Source: Candidatus Latescibacterota bacterium
Lineage (GTDB): Bacteria > Latescibacterota > UBA2968 > GCA-2709665
Reading direction: 5' to 3'
Length of the DNA stretch: 64,000 nt
Assembly (NCBI GenBank): GCA_965222075.1
Contig: OZ244937.1
Coordinates: 1,856,001-1,920,000, forward strand
Each line of letters begins with the position of its first letter. The stretch's first letter is position 1. Positions 1 through 10,817 of the stretch are shown piece by piece. The notes under the pieces were generated by a model. It did no database searches. It was not told where the DNA came from and saw nothing but the letters and a program-made list of their open reading frames with translations. Position numbers and translations under genes: made by a program.

Positions 1-73
1 GCCAGCGTTGGCGCTTGCTGAACCCGCGCATTGCGGGCGTCATTCCGCAACAGGATATGTCGGACGAGGGAGA

Positions 74-1822
74 ATGAGGATGATCGATCCGGTCCACTCG
101 CTGGCATTCTCGATCCAGGCCAATCCTGGCGTCTACGCTGTTCTTGTGGGCTCGGGCGTCTCCCGGGCAGCAAAAGTTCCCACCGGTTGGGAGATAACCC
201 TCGACCTGATTCGCAAGTTGGCGAAACTTTGTGACGAAACGTGCGACCCCGACCCGGAACGCTGGTATCGGGAGAAATTCAAAAAAGAGGCGTCTTACTC
301 CGACCTTCTCGACGAACTTGCCAGGACGCCGGCCGAGCGACAACAGTTACTCCGCGCGTATTTTGAACCGAACGACCAGGAGCGCGATGAGGGCGAGAAA
401 GAGCCTACGGCGACGCACCGCGCCATCGCGGCACTGGCCGCACAAGGATTCATAAAGGTCATCCTCACCACGAATTTTGACCGCCTCGTGGAAACCGCCC
501 TCACCGATGAGGGGGTTGTACCGACCATCCTGAGTTCCCCCGATCAGGTTAAGGGCGCACACCCATTGATTCACACCCAGTGCTGCGTCTTTAAGGTAAA
601 TGGCGATTACCTCGACACCCGCATCAGGAATACCCCTGCTGAACTTGACGAGTATCCGCCCGAGTTCAATCAACTCCTGGATCGTATCTTCGATGAGTTC
701 GGCCTGATCGTCTGCGGCTGGTCAGCAGAGTGGGATAGCGCGTTGTGCAAGGCGATTTACCGTGCAAAATCGCGCCGGTTCACGACATACTGGGCGGCAC
801 GGGGCGAACCCGCAGATGAGGCGCGTCGACTGATTGACCATCGTGGAGCTCAGGTAATTTCCATCGAGGACGCCGACACATTTTTCCAGGACATCCAGCA
901 ACACGTCGAGTCCATTGAGGAGTTTTCAAGACCTCACCCGCTTTCCACCGAAGCCGCCGTAGCCAGTCTGAAGCGCTACATTCCCGAGCCCCGATACCGA
1001 ATTCAACTGTCGGACCTCGTTGACGGGACCGTTGAGCGAATTGTCGAGGTGACATCTAGCAAGGATTTCACTCGTTACGAGAGCTCGAGTCCGACCACTG
1101 CGTCGACTACCGCGTTTGTCCATAGGTACGAGGCGGCCTGTTCGACACTGCTGGCAATGGCGCCGATAGGGGGCTTTTGGGCAGAAGATGAGCACAATCA
1201 CGTTTGGCAACGAGCGTTGCAGCGTCTTGGTTCGACAGCATCGATCGGGGGTTATGATCTTTGGCTTGGGTTAAGAAAATATCCGGCCACTCTTTTGCTC
1301 TATGCGCTGGGACTCGGTGCAGTCGAGGCTGATCGGCTTCGGTTTCTTGGAAGCGTGTTAGGGACCACGATTCACAGAGAACATCAGGAGGATTTACCCG
1401 CCGTACAGATACTTCCACCTTCTTGCTTGTTTTCGCAAGGTGGACCGGCAATGCGGATTCTGGACGGCATGGGCGAACGCAAAGCACCACTGAACAACTG
1501 GATACACGAGACATTGCGGCCCTATGCTGAACGCATCATCCCTGACGACAACCGGTACACCCTGGTCTTCGACAAACTCGAAATACTGATGGCGCTCAGC
1601 TACGCCCACAAAGACGATCGGCCACCAGAACGGTACTGGGCGCCTCCTGGTGCTTTCGGATACCGGAGTGATAACAGAACGCGCATTATGCAGGAGATCG
1701 AGGAATCGCTCTCAACCAAACAAGAAAAATCGCCGTTTGTAACGTGTGGGATTTTCGGAGAGACCGCAGAGGATTGTAAGAAAGGCGTGGCGGCTTTGGC
1801 AAAGTTGGGTTGGTGGAGATAA
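74..1822 (+). CDS. SIR2-like (SIR2_2) domain protein, accessory gene of a type I R-M locus
   Basis: Motifs VLVGSGVSRAA, ILTTNFD, FKVNGD and LIVCGWS. Start ATG 74 or 80 follows GAGGGAG. The ORF track starts at 8. Confidence 0.85.
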   Translation: MRMIDPVHSLAFSIQANPGVYAVLVGSGVSRAAKVPTGWEITLDLIRKLAKLCDETCDPDPERWYREKFKKEASYSDLLDELARTPAERQQLLRAYFEPNDQERDEGEKEPTATHRAIAALAAQGFIKVILTTNFDRLVETALTDEGVVPTILSSPDQVKGAHPLIHTQCCVFKVNGDYLDTRIRNTPAELDEYPPEFNQLLDRIFDEFGLIVCGWSAEWDSALCKAIYRAKSRRFTTYWAARGEPADEARRLIDHRGAQVISIEDADTFFQDIQQHVESIEEFSRPHPLSTEAAVASLKRYIPEPRYRIQLSDLVDGTVERIVEVTSSKDFTRYESSSPTTASTTAFVHRYEAACSTLLAMAPIGGFWAEDEHNHVWQRALQRLGSTASIGGYDLWLGLRKYPATLLLYALGLGAVEADRLRFLGSVLGTTIHREHQEDLPAVQILPPSCLFSQGGPAMRILDGMGERKAPLNNWIHETLRPYAERIIPDDNRYTLVFDKLEILMALSYAHKDDRPPERYWAPPGAFGYRSDNRTRIMQEIEESLSTKQEKSPFVTCGIFGETAEDCKKGVAALAKLGWWR

Positions 1823-2037
1823 TGGCGCGTGTATCTTTCACCGAATCCACCGTCCAACAGGTCGGAGCCGAGCCTGAGCAGGCGCGTATTTCGTGACGAT
1901 GGTCGTCCAGGGCCGGCCGTGCCTATTTGGCGCGCCGGGTGTGGGAGGCGTTGCCCCACCGGTTTTCAGGTGTTGAGATGGGTCCGTTTGTGGTCATGCC
2001 AAACCATATTCACACGATCATCATCCTGCACGGAACC

Positions 2038-3231
2038 GTAGGGGCGTCCCTTGTGGGCGCCCAATCCACGCACAACAGGGCAATCACAAGGGTTGCCCCT
2101 ACATTGGACGATGTGATCGGACCGGAATGGGACCGGGGTCGAGAATAGTACGATGCGGTGGAATACGGTTACGACAAACCAAATCCCGTCCGCATACACC
2201 ACCTGTAGCGCCCCTGGTGGGCGCCCGACCCACACCCAACAGGGCAACCACAAGGGTTGCCCCTACAAGAACCCTCATGTCCCCTGCCGGGGGTGACGTG
2301 TGCCATTCCAGGAGAACGCCCCATTGAAACACCGCTACAACCCGGACCACCATCACCGCAGGTCCATCCGACTGCGGGGATACGACTACACACAGGCGGG
2401 CGCGTATTTCGTGACGATGGTCGTCCAGGGCCGGTTGTGCCTGTTCGGCGATGTGATCGGCGCAGAGATGCGTTTGAATGAGGCTGGGGAAATGGCGCAC
2501 CGGGTGTGGGAGGCGTTGCCCCATCGGTTTCCAGGCGTTGAGATGGGGCCTTGTGTGGTCATGCCAAACCATATTCACGCGATCATCGTCCTGCACGGAA
2601 CCGTAGGGGCGTCCCTTGTGGGCGCCGACCCACGTACAACAGGGCAATCACAAGGGTTGCCCCTACATTGGACGATGTGATCGGACCGGAATGGGACCGG
2701 GGTCGAGAATAGTACGATGCGGTGGAATACGGTTACGACAAACCAAATCCCGTCCGCATACACCACCTGTAGCGCCCCTGGTGGGCGCCCGACCCACACC
2801 CAACAGGGCAACCACAAGGGTTGCCCCTACAAGAACCCTCATGTCCCCTGCCGGGGGTGACGTGTGCCATTCCAGGAGAACGCCCCATTGAAACACCGCT
2901 ACAACCCGGACCACCATCACCGCAGGTCCATCCGACTGCGGGGATACGACTACACACAGGCGGGCGCGTATTTCGTGACGATGGTCGTCCAGGGCCGGTT
3001 GTGCCTGTTCGGCGATGTGATCGGCGCAGAGATGCGTTTGAATGAGGCTGGGGAAATGGCGCGCCGGGTGTGGGAGACGTTGCCCCATCGGTTTCCAGGC
3101 GTTGAGATGGGGCCTTGTGTGGTCATGCCAAACCATATTCACGCGATCACCGTCCTGCACGGAACCGTAGGGGCGCCCCTTGTGGGCGCCCAATCCACGC
3201 CCAACAGGGCAACCACAAGGGTTGCCCCTAC
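2038..3231. repeat. Five GTAG-type REP doublets (REPIN-like): 2038-2102, 2205-2266, 2603-2666, 2769-2830, 3167-3231
   Basis: Each is an inverted pair of hairpins, GTAGGGGCG(T/C)CCCTTGTGGGCGCCC ... GGGCAA(C/T)CACAAGGGTTGCCCCTAC. The copies at 2205 and 2769 have a shortened left arm. Confidence 0.88.
2300..2680 (+). pseudogene. Truncated RAYT copy
   Basis: Near-identical to 2864.. through MPNHIH, then shifts frame within the REP doublet and stops. It lacks WQRNYYEH and YILDNP. Confidence 0.85.
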
Positions 3232-3472
3232 ATTGGGCGATGTGATCGGTGCGTACAAATCGTTGACCACGGTGGAATATGTGGGAGGCGCCCAGGCCAG
3301 GGGGTGGACACGGTTTCGGGACCGGCTGTGGCAGCGGAACTACTACGAACACATTGTGAGGGACGACGAGTCCCTTGGGAGAATCGAAGGATATATTCTC
3401 GACAACCCGGCAAATTGGTCACTCGACGAAGAGAATCCCCTGAACGTGTCGACGGTATCGGAACCCCTATGA
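2864..3472 (+). CDS. REP-associated tyrosine transposase (RAYT, Y1/HUH family)
   Basis: [18 protein letters not shown] motif [17 protein letters not shown] and catalytic YILDNP. Flanked by GTAG REPs. Confidence 0.9.
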   Translation: MPFQENAPLKHRYNPDHHHRRSIRLRGYDYTQAGAYFVTMVVQGRLCLFGDVIGAEMRLNEAGEMARRVWETLPHRFPGVEMGPCVVMPNHIHAITVLHGTVGAPLVGAQSTPNRATTRVAPTLGDVIGAYKSLTTVEYVGGAQARGWTRFRDRLWQRNYYEHIVRDDESLGRIEGYILDNPANWSLDEENPLNVSTVSEPL

Positions 3473-6400
3473 CCACCATCACCGAAGCCGACGTTGAAGT
3501 CGCCGCCCTGGACTGGCTGGCGGGCCTCGGTTGGCAGGTCGCGCACGGGCCGGACATCGCGCCGGATACACCGAACGCCGAACGAGGCGACTACGGGCAG
3601 GTCGTGCTGGAACCGCGCCTGCGGGATTCCCTTGCCGAACTGAACCCCGCCCTGCCCCCCGACGCCCTTGACGACGCCTACCGCAGGCTGACCCGCCCCG
3701 AAGGCTCGACCCTGGAGGCACGCAACCGCGCCTTCCACCGGATGCTCGTCGACGGTGGGACAGTGGGATACCGGGGCGACGATGGCGCCGTCCGCTGGGA
3801 ACAGGCAAAGGTCATCGACTTCGACAACCCTGGCAACAACGACTGGCTGGCCGTCAACCAGTTCACCGTCACGGAGAATAAGAACACGCGCAGGCCCGAC
3901 GTGGTGCTGTTCGTCAACGGCCTGCCCCTGTGCGTGATCGAGTTGAAGAACCCGGCGGACGAGGACGCCACCATCTGGACGGCATGGCACCAGCTCCAGA
4001 CCTACAAGGCTGAACTGCCCACCCTCTTCTCCATGAACGAGGCGCTCATGGTCTCGGACGGGACCGAAGCCCGCATAGGCACGCTGACCTCCGGCAGGGA
4101 GTGGTTCAAGCCCTGGCGCACTATTGCGGGGGAGACGCTGGCCGACCGGCTCTTGACCGAGCTTCAGGTAATGCTGGAAGGTGTCTTTGAGCGAAGCCGT
4201 TTCCTCGGGCTCGTCCGCGACTTCATCGTTTTCGATGACGACGGCAGCGGCGCGCTGGAGAAAAAGATGGCGGGCTATCACCAGTTCCACGCGGTCAGGG
4301 TCGCGGTTGACGAAACGCTGCGCGCGGCGGAGTTACAACGATCAGCCGACAGGACCGTTGACACTGGCGGAAGGTACGAGACGGGCCGCAAGCCCGGGGG
4401 TGAGGCCGGCGACCGCCGTATCGGCGTGGTGTGGCACACTCAGGGGTCCGGCAAGAGCCTGACCATGGCCTTCTACGCCGGACGGATCGTTCTCGACCCG
4501 GCCATGGAGAACCCCACCATCGTCGTCCTCACCGACCGCAACGACCTGGACGACCAGCTTTTCGGCACCTTCTCCCGCTGCCAGGATCTGCTGCGCCAGC
4601 CGCCAGCCCAGGCGGAGAGCCGGACCGACCTGAGAAACAAACTCTCGGTGAATGCCGGTGGCGTGGTGTTCACAACGATCCAAAAGTTCTTCCCCGAGGA
4701 GAAGGGCGATACCCACCCAACGCTCTCCCTGCGCCGCAACATCGTGGTCATCGCCGACGAGGCCCACCGCAGCCAGTACGACTTCATCGACGGATTCGCA
4801 CGCCACATGCGAGACGCGTTGCCCAACGCCTCTTTCGTCGGCTTTACCGGTACGCCCATAGAACTTCAGGACGCCAACACGCGGGCCGTGTTCGGGGACT
4901 ACATCAGCATCTACGACATCCAGCGTTCCGTCGAGGACGGGGCCACGGTGCCGATCTACTACGAGAGTCGGCTGGCCAGGCTGACGCTCGATGAGGCCGA
5001 GAGGCCGCTCATTGACCCGGAGTTCGAAGAGGCGACCGAAGGCGAGGAAGTCGAGCGCAAGGAGAAGCTCAAGACCCGCTGGGCACAGCTCGAAGCCATC
5101 GTCGGCGCCGAGAAGCGGCTGAAGCTCGTCGCCGAGGACATCGTCGCCCATTTTGAGCAAAGGCTCGAATCCCTTGATGGCAAGGCGATGGTCGTCTGCA
5201 TGAGCCGACGCATCTGCATCGACCTCTACCACGAACTGGTGAGGCTACGCCCTGATTGGCATCACGAGGATGACGACAAGGGGTACCTCAAAGTCGTGAT
5301 GACCGGTTCGGCCTCCGACCCCGTGGATTGGCAGCCGCACATCCGCAACAAGCCGCGACGGGAGGCGCTGGCCAAGCGGTTCCGCGACCCCGACGATCCC
5401 CTGAGGGTCGTGCTGGTGCGCGACATGTGGCTCACCGGCTTCGACGCGCCCAGCCTGCACACCATGTACGTGGACAAACCGATGCGCGGCCATGGGCTGA
5501 TGCAGGCCATCGCCCGGGTCAACCGCGTGTTCAGGGATAAGCCGGGCGGCCTCGTCGTCGATTACCTGGGACTCGCCCACGAACTCAAGCGCGCATTGGC
5601 GACCTACACCGAAAGCGGCGGCACCGGGCAAACCGCACTCGACCAAAAAGAAGCGGTGGCGGTCATGCTGGAGAAATACGAAATCTGTTGCGGCCTGTTC
5701 CACGGCTTCGACCGGTCCAGGTGGATCACCGGCACACCGGCGGAACGCCTGAGCCTGCTACCGGCCGCGCAGGAACACATCCTGGCGCAAGAGAACGGCA
5801 AGGACCGCTGCGTGCAGGCGGTGCGCGAGCTTTCCCAGGCCTTCGCCCTGGCCGTCCCCCACGAGGACGCGCTGCGCATCCGGGACGACATCGGGTTCTT
5901 TCAAGCGGTTCGAGGGCAGCTGATGAAGCGGGCCGGCGGCGAGGTACGTCCGGAGGAAGAGTTGGACCACGCCGTGCGCCAGATCATCTCCCGCGCAGTG
6001 GCCTCCGAGGGCGTCATCGACATCTTCGCCGCCGCGGGTCTGGAAAAGCCGGACATCTCGGTGTTGTCGGACGAGTTCCTGGCCGAGGTGCGGGGGATGC
6101 CCCAGCGCAACCTCGCAGTCGAGCTGTTACAGAAGCTACTCAAGGGCGAACTCGCCACCCGCCGCCGGAAGAACGTCGTCCAGGCCCGTTCTTTCGCCCA
6201 GATGCTGGAACAGACCCTCCGCCGCTATCAGAACCGCGCCGTCGAAGCCGCGCAGGTGATCGAGGAGCTGATCCAGCTTGCAAAAGACATGCGGGAGGCC
6301 AACGCCCGCGGCGAGACGCTCGGACTCTCGGCGGACGAACTGGCCTTCTACGACGCGTTGGAGACCAACGACAGCGCCGTCCAGGTCCTGGGCGACGAGA

Positions 6401-6609
6401 CCCTGCGCACCATAGCCCGCAAGCTGGTCGAAACCGTCCGCAACAACGTCACCATCGACTGGACCCTGCGCGAGAACATCCGTGCGCAGCTGCGGGTGCT
6501 GGTCAAGCGCACGCTGCGCAAGTATGGCTACCCACCCGACAAGCAGGAAAAGGCAACACAAACCGTCCTGGAGCAAGCCGAGGTCCTATCCGCCGGATGG
6601 GCTGTGTGA
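3469..6609 (+). CDS. hsdR: Type I restriction endonuclease subunit R
   Basis: PDVVLFVNG...IELK nuclease motif, WHTQGSGKS Walker A, DEAH, FTGTP, MWLTGFD and [11 protein letters not shown] 3469 overlaps the RAYT stop. Confidence 0.96.
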   Translation: MTTITEADVEVAALDWLAGLGWQVAHGPDIAPDTPNAERGDYGQVVLEPRLRDSLAELNPALPPDALDDAYRRLTRPEGSTLEARNRAFHRMLVDGGTVGYRGDDGAVRWEQAKVIDFDNPGNNDWLAVNQFTVTENKNTRRPDVVLFVNGLPLCVIELKNPADEDATIWTAWHQLQTYKAELPTLFSMNEALMVSDGTEARIGTLTSGREWFKPWRTIAGETLADRLLTELQVMLEGVFERSRFLGLVRDFIVFDDDGSGALEKKMAGYHQFHAVRVAVDETLRAAELQRSADRTVDTGGRYETGRKPGGEAGDRRIGVVWHTQGSGKSLTMAFYAGRIVLDPAMENPTIVVLTDRNDLDDQLFGTFSRCQDLLRQPPAQAESRTDLRNKLSVNAGGVVFTTIQKFFPEEKGDTHPTLSLRRNIVVIADEAHRSQYDFIDGFARHMRDALPNASFVGFTGTPIELQDANTRAVFGDYISIYDIQRSVEDGATVPIYYESRLARLTLDEAERPLIDPEFEEATEGEEVERKEKLKTRWAQLEAIVGAEKRLKLVAEDIVAHFEQRLESLDGKAMVVCMSRRICIDLYHELVRLRPDWHHEDDDKGYLKVVMTGSASDPVDWQPHIRNKPRREALAKRFRDPDDPLRVVLVRDMWLTGFDAPSLHTMYVDKPMRGHGLMQAIARVNRVFRDKPGGLVVDYLGLAHELKRALATYTESGGTGQTALDQKEAVAVMLEKYEICCGLFHGFDRSRWITGTPAERLSLLPAAQEHILAQENGKDRCVQAVRELSQAFALAVPHEDALRIRDDIGFFQAVRGQLMKRAGGEVRPEEELDHAVRQIISRAVASEGVIDIFAAAGLEKPDISVLSDEFLAEVRGMPQRNLAVELLQKLLKGELATRRRKNVVQARSFAQMLEQTLRRYQNRAVEAAQVIEELIQLAKDMREANARGETLGLSADELAFYDALETNDSAVQVLGDETLRTIARKLVETVRNNVTIDWTLRENIRAQLRVLVKRTLRKYGYPPDKQEKATQTVLEQAEVLSAGWAV

Positions 6610-6666
6610 GCCGACACGGGAAAATCTCCACGATTTCCTGCACACTCATTAATAGGTAGAAAAGAT

Positions 6667-9345
6667 ATGTCAACACGCACGTTCTTCCTCTCGATTCTTG
6701 TGGTCCTGGGGGTCCTCCAGATGCAGCCGGCTCCGGACGCCGACTTCGACGGCAACGGGACCGTGGACTTCGCCGACTTTATCGCCTTTGCCCGGGCCTT
6801 CGGATCCACGCAGGCCAGGTACGATCTGAACAAGAACGGCATCGTGGACTTTACCGACTTTGTCGTATTCGCCCAAGCGTTCGGGCAGTCGGGCGGCTCC
6901 GGGGTTGCATCGGACCCAAATCTGCCGCGCCTGCGCAAGTACAACGTTCCACACCCCGTCTATCCCGTAGACCATCCAATCTGGACCCTGGTGCGCGGCA
7001 AGGTCCAGGCCGACGACTGGATGGACAAATCCAACGGTGAGTTGCGGTCCCACATCGATGAGCAGGGCGCCCGCCGGGGGGACAACGCCCTGATGCTGGA
7101 GGTGCTCCAGCGACTGGCGCACAAATATGCCTGGACCGGCGAAGCCAAATACGCCTACAAGGCCGCGGTCATCTTAGACCGCTACGCCGAAGTCATCGGC
7201 GTCTGGCCCTTTTTCGACCAGTCTGGCAAGAAGACCTACCCCCACGACGTCATGCTGCCCCAGTACGGCATTGAAATGCCTCCCCACTACGGCGCCTTCT
7301 GGAGCACCTGGCACCCCTACGACCTCCAGGCCTCCCACCCGCTGGCCCTGGCCTACGACCAGATCGTGAACAGTGGCCAGATGGAAAAACTGGCCGAAGA
7401 AACGGGTCAGGACGTCCGCCTGAAGATCGAGCGCGACCTCCTTTACGCCAACCTGGAGATCGCCGACCGGTACCCCCTGATGTACATCAACACCGACGCC
7501 AACCTGCTCTTCGGCATGCTCATCTGGGGCCAGGCCCTGGGCGATCCCGAACTCGTCCACCGCGCCATCCGCTTTGGCGACGGCCTGCGCAAAGTCTCGT
7601 ATTTCCCCAGCATGTTCTGGCACGAAGGCTCGCCCAGCTATCACATGATGATCACCGGCCGGTGGGCCATCTACTATCCAAAAGGCTGCCTTGATTCCTA
7701 CTCGGACCCGGCCGGATACAGGGACCCGGTAGACGGCGCCCGCTTCGACAAGGCCGACTTCCTCGCCCGTTACCAGCCCCTGTTGGACGGGGCCGCCCGC
7801 CAGATGCAGAAGTGGGTGCTGCCCAACGGCCACTACGCCGCCGTCCACGACACGCACTGGAAGGACAACACCATCGAGCGCTGGGACTGCTACGGCATCC
7901 TGGACGAGTACCTGCCCTCCGAATCCACCGCAGTCCTTCACACCTGGGTCGGCCACGCCACCCTCGGTCGAGGACAGGGCCCGAACCAGGTCCAGGCCCA
8001 CCTGCACTTCTCCGGTGCGATGGGTCACGAACACAAAGACAACCTCAATTTCTTCCTCTGGGCCAAAAACAAGGAACTCCTGTCCGAAACCGACTACTAC
8101 GGCATCGACAACCGCGCCTGGGCCGCCAGCACGGCCGGGCACAACACCGTCGTGGTCAACGAACAGGACCAGTTTCGGCGGGGCAACGCCCCGCAGCGGC
8201 AGTTTTCCGACATCGACCGGGTGCCCGGCGTGGAGGACTTCTGGTTCGCCCGCACCCACCTCAAACACGGCACCACCCTCACCGATGGACAACTCCGCCT
8301 CTTCTCCGCCGACGCACCCGGCATCCAGGTCGTGGAAGCCGATGGCCACCGCGCCTACCCCTCGGACCTGGTCAAACTCTACCGACGCACCCTCGCGATG
8401 GTCCAAACCGGTGGTGAAGATATCTATATTGTGGACATCTTTCGCGTCCGGGGAGGGGGCACCCACGACTGGATGCTCCATGGCCCGCTCCAGGACGACT
8501 ACACCGTCACCACCTCCCTGAACCTCAACCCTCACGGGGGTACGCGCCACGAATGGCTGGACGACCTCCGCTCTGCCCGGACCGACGGGCCCTGGTGGGC
8601 GGAGTTCAGAACCCCTACCGGCGAGGCGGTGCGCACCACCGTGATGCCCGCAGCAGGCACCGAGGTCACCCTCGCACAGGGACCGGCCATGCGCCGGATG
8701 GGCACGCAGACCTTCCTGGACGTGAGGCGTGTCGGCTCCTCAACATCGGTCTTCGTAGCGGTCCACGAACCGCATACGGGCAGCCCCCGCATCCGCTCGG
8801 TCAAACTCGTCCCCGCCGGGCGCGCCTCGGAAATGGCCGTCGCGCTGCAGGTCGAACTCCCGGACCGCACCGACACAATCCTCTCCACACTTGATGAAAA
8901 CGGCGCAATCGTCGCCGCCGAAATCGACTTTCAGGGCCGCTTCGGCTACCTGTCCGTCCCAAACAACCGGGCACGTACCCTGTACATGGCCGACGCCGGC
9001 CACCTCAAAACCGGCGGGGCGACCCTGGAAGGTCCGGCGGCCTACACTGGCGCCGTCACACAAACCCTCAGCACCGCGCGGGGCGATGCCCTCAACGCCT
9101 TCGTCGTGGACGCCCCGATCCCCGATCCGAACCTGACCGGCAAACTCTTCCTCACCACCGACGGCGACGGCAGCACGCGCGGATTCCTGATCAAAGCCGT
9201 CCACGGCAACCGGATCGAGGTCGACCGGCTGCCCGGAATGACCGTCCAGGACGGCTACGTCAAGCTCCAGTACTTCCCCAACTGGGGAATCCCCGGCGGG
9301 CTGGACTTCCGAATTGTCAACTCGGTGCACACATCGACGCGCTGA
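6667..9345 (+). CDS. Secreted heparinase II/III-family (alginate-lyase-like) protein with N-terminal dockerin/EF-hand pair
   Basis: Signal peptide; DFDGNGTVDFADF...YDLNKNGIVDFTDF; WHEGSPSYH; GHEHKDNLNF; STAGHNTVVVN. Confidence 0.8.
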   Translation: MSTRTFFLSILVVLGVLQMQPAPDADFDGNGTVDFADFIAFARAFGSTQARYDLNKNGIVDFTDFVVFAQAFGQSGGSGVASDPNLPRLRKYNVPHPVYPVDHPIWTLVRGKVQADDWMDKSNGELRSHIDEQGARRGDNALMLEVLQRLAHKYAWTGEAKYAYKAAVILDRYAEVIGVWPFFDQSGKKTYPHDVMLPQYGIEMPPHYGAFWSTWHPYDLQASHPLALAYDQIVNSGQMEKLAEETGQDVRLKIERDLLYANLEIADRYPLMYINTDANLLFGMLIWGQALGDPELVHRAIRFGDGLRKVSYFPSMFWHEGSPSYHMMITGRWAIYYPKGCLDSYSDPAGYRDPVDGARFDKADFLARYQPLLDGAARQMQKWVLPNGHYAAVHDTHWKDNTIERWDCYGILDEYLPSESTAVLHTWVGHATLGRGQGPNQVQAHLHFSGAMGHEHKDNLNFFLWAKNKELLSETDYYGIDNRAWAASTAGHNTVVVNEQDQFRRGNAPQRQFSDIDRVPGVEDFWFARTHLKHGTTLTDGQLRLFSADAPGIQVVEADGHRAYPSDLVKLYRRTLAMVQTGGEDIYIVDIFRVRGGGTHDWMLHGPLQDDYTVTTSLNLNPHGGTRHEWLDDLRSARTDGPWWAEFRTPTGEAVRTTVMPAAGTEVTLAQGPAMRRMGTQTFLDVRRVGSSTSVFVAVHEPHTGSPRIRSVKLVPAGRASEMAVALQVELPDRTDTILSTLDENGAIVAAEIDFQGRFGYLSVPNNRARTLYMADAGHLKTGGATLEGPAAYTGAVTQTLSTARGDALNAFVVDAPIPDPNLTGKLFLTTDGDGSTRGFLIKAVHGNRIEVDRLPGMTVQDGYVKLQYFPNWGIPGGLDFRIVNSVHTSTR

Positions 9346-9348
9346 AAA
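9208..9348 (+). repeat. Direct repeat copy 1 (3' end of the lyase gene; attL-like)
   Basis: Near-identical to 17699-17839, with differences only in the last ~35 bp. Confidence 0.95.
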
Positions 9349-9492
9349 GAACAGACTCACCGCAGAGACACAGAGGAACGCGGAGACAGATTAAAAAACC
9401 TGGTTCATGTAAGATTTTGGCGGAAGGAAGTCAGAAGAGGAAATATCGGGATGATAGTGAAGACACGGCGGCGCAGCCGAAAGAGAGAATCC

Positions 9493-10806
9493 ATGGAAGA
9501 CAGTGTTGTGCGTAAGGGCTTCACATACGTGCACATCCTGCTCTATATTCGTACCCTGTTAATTGCGGGAGCATTCGCCGTTTGTAGCGCCAGCGAGCCG
9601 GTTGAAGCAGGGGTATGGGACTACCTCAAGCAGTACTACCAGTCCATGCGGTTGGGTGAATTGGACGAGGTCGGCATTCGTGAAACGCCGGTGGAATACG
9701 CCGGCGAAGTCGGACTCGAGTTGATAGGCAGGGTCGAGCTACCTCTTGACGAGGATACACCGGGCATTGGGAATATAGCGTGGACGGGGATTACGGCGGA
9801 TAGTTCCCTGGCACTCATTGATTTAATCTCGTATGAGGTGTACGAGTTCAGCTTGCGTGACGGTCATTACGCACGCTCCATCGGGAGAAAAGGCCGAGGT
9901 CCCGGCGAGTATCAGATGGCTTGGAATATGGCCGTGGATCCGAAGGGCTATTTCTATGTTCAAGATATAGGGATCCAAGTCCTGCGCTATGACCAGCAGG
10001 GTAATTATCTCGATAGAACGCGATCGATTGGTAGTAAGAAGGTTGCGTGTGATCGCGATGGGGCCGTATTTTTTTTGGGAGTGAACGCTAATAATATAAT
10101 TCAGCTACAGAAGAGAGTCCCCAATATGAACTGGAAGGTGCAATATACGATCTCTCTTTCTACAAAAAAACAAGAGATTCTAGCCTATCGGATGAGTTCT
10201 TATGCTCAATTACGCTACAATCCCATGTCGCACCGTTTCTATTACCTGGGACCCAACGATGATAAGGTCAAAGAGATTGACGCGGAGCGCGGCGAGATCG
10301 TCCGACAATTTGGCCTTTTCGTGCCTCAACCTGTGGTTGAGGGATATCGTGTTGACCCTGAGTCCAGAGCGTTGGAAGTGATCCATTCCGGTCGTTGGCA
10401 GACCCCCGAATACGTCCCGCTGCCAGAAAGCTACCATGACAAAGGTGTGGGTTCCCGTGAGGATATGCGAGCGTTGCGCATAAGCAAGGTGACTGCTATG
10501 ATATTACTCGATAATCGGTACCTTATAGTCTTTTACATACACCCATCTCTACAAATGTCCCGGATCATTTACGACCTGAAGGCAGGTGAGAGTGTAAAGG
10601 CCTATTCGTTTAATGAAGAAGCTTCGAAGGCGTTCGTTTGTCTTGTAGAATATTCAGCTCCTGATAACTTTGCCCCAGCCACGATGAGTGGTACGCAGAT
10701 GGCTGCGTGGCAAGATCGGCTGTATATCTATCAGCCGCCCCTATTTGAGAAAGCAGAGCAATCGAACGGCGTGATAAAGATCTATACGCTTTCATTTCCT
10801 CAGTGA
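9493..10806 (+). CDS. Exported 6-bladed beta-propeller (NHL-like) protein
   Basis: N-terminal hydrophobic segment and the motif IGRKGRGPGEY...MAVDPKGYFYVQD. The ORF track starts at 9451. Confidence 0.7.
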   Translation: MEDSVVRKGFTYVHILLYIRTLLIAGAFAVCSASEPVEAGVWDYLKQYYQSMRLGELDEVGIRETPVEYAGEVGLELIGRVELPLDEDTPGIGNIAWTGITADSSLALIDLISYEVYEFSLRDGHYARSIGRKGRGPGEYQMAWNMAVDPKGYFYVQDIGIQVLRYDQQGNYLDRTRSIGSKKVACDRDGAVFFLGVNANNIIQLQKRVPNMNWKVQYTISLSTKKQEILAYRMSSYAQLRYNPMSHRFYYLGPNDDKVKEIDAERGEIVRQFGLFVPQPVVEGYRVDPESRALEVIHSGRWQTPEYVPLPESYHDKGVGSREDMRALRISKVTAMILLDNRYLIVFYIHPSLQMSRIIYDLKAGESVKAYSFNEEASKAFVCLVEYSAPDNFAPATMSGTQMAAWQDRLYIYQPPLFEKAEQSNGVIKIYTLSFPQ

Positions 10807-10817
10807 ACGATATTATA

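Larger units (their letters stand above)
1878..3240 (+). repeat. Tandem ~564-bp amplification of the RAYT 5' half plus REP doublets (one degenerate, one truncated and one intact copy)
   Basis: GGAACCGTAGGGGCG recurs at 2032, 2597 and 3161. The ORFs at 2300 and 2864 begin with near-identical protein sequence. Confidence 0.92.

Noticed and set aside
1878-3240. CRISPR array
   Set aside because: The repeats are REP doublets with identical intervening sequence at a 564-bp period; there are no unique spacers or cas genes.
3115-3468. N-terminal extension of HsdR in the ORF track
   Set aside because: It overlaps the RAYT gene in another frame; the HsdR-like sequence starts at ATG 3469.
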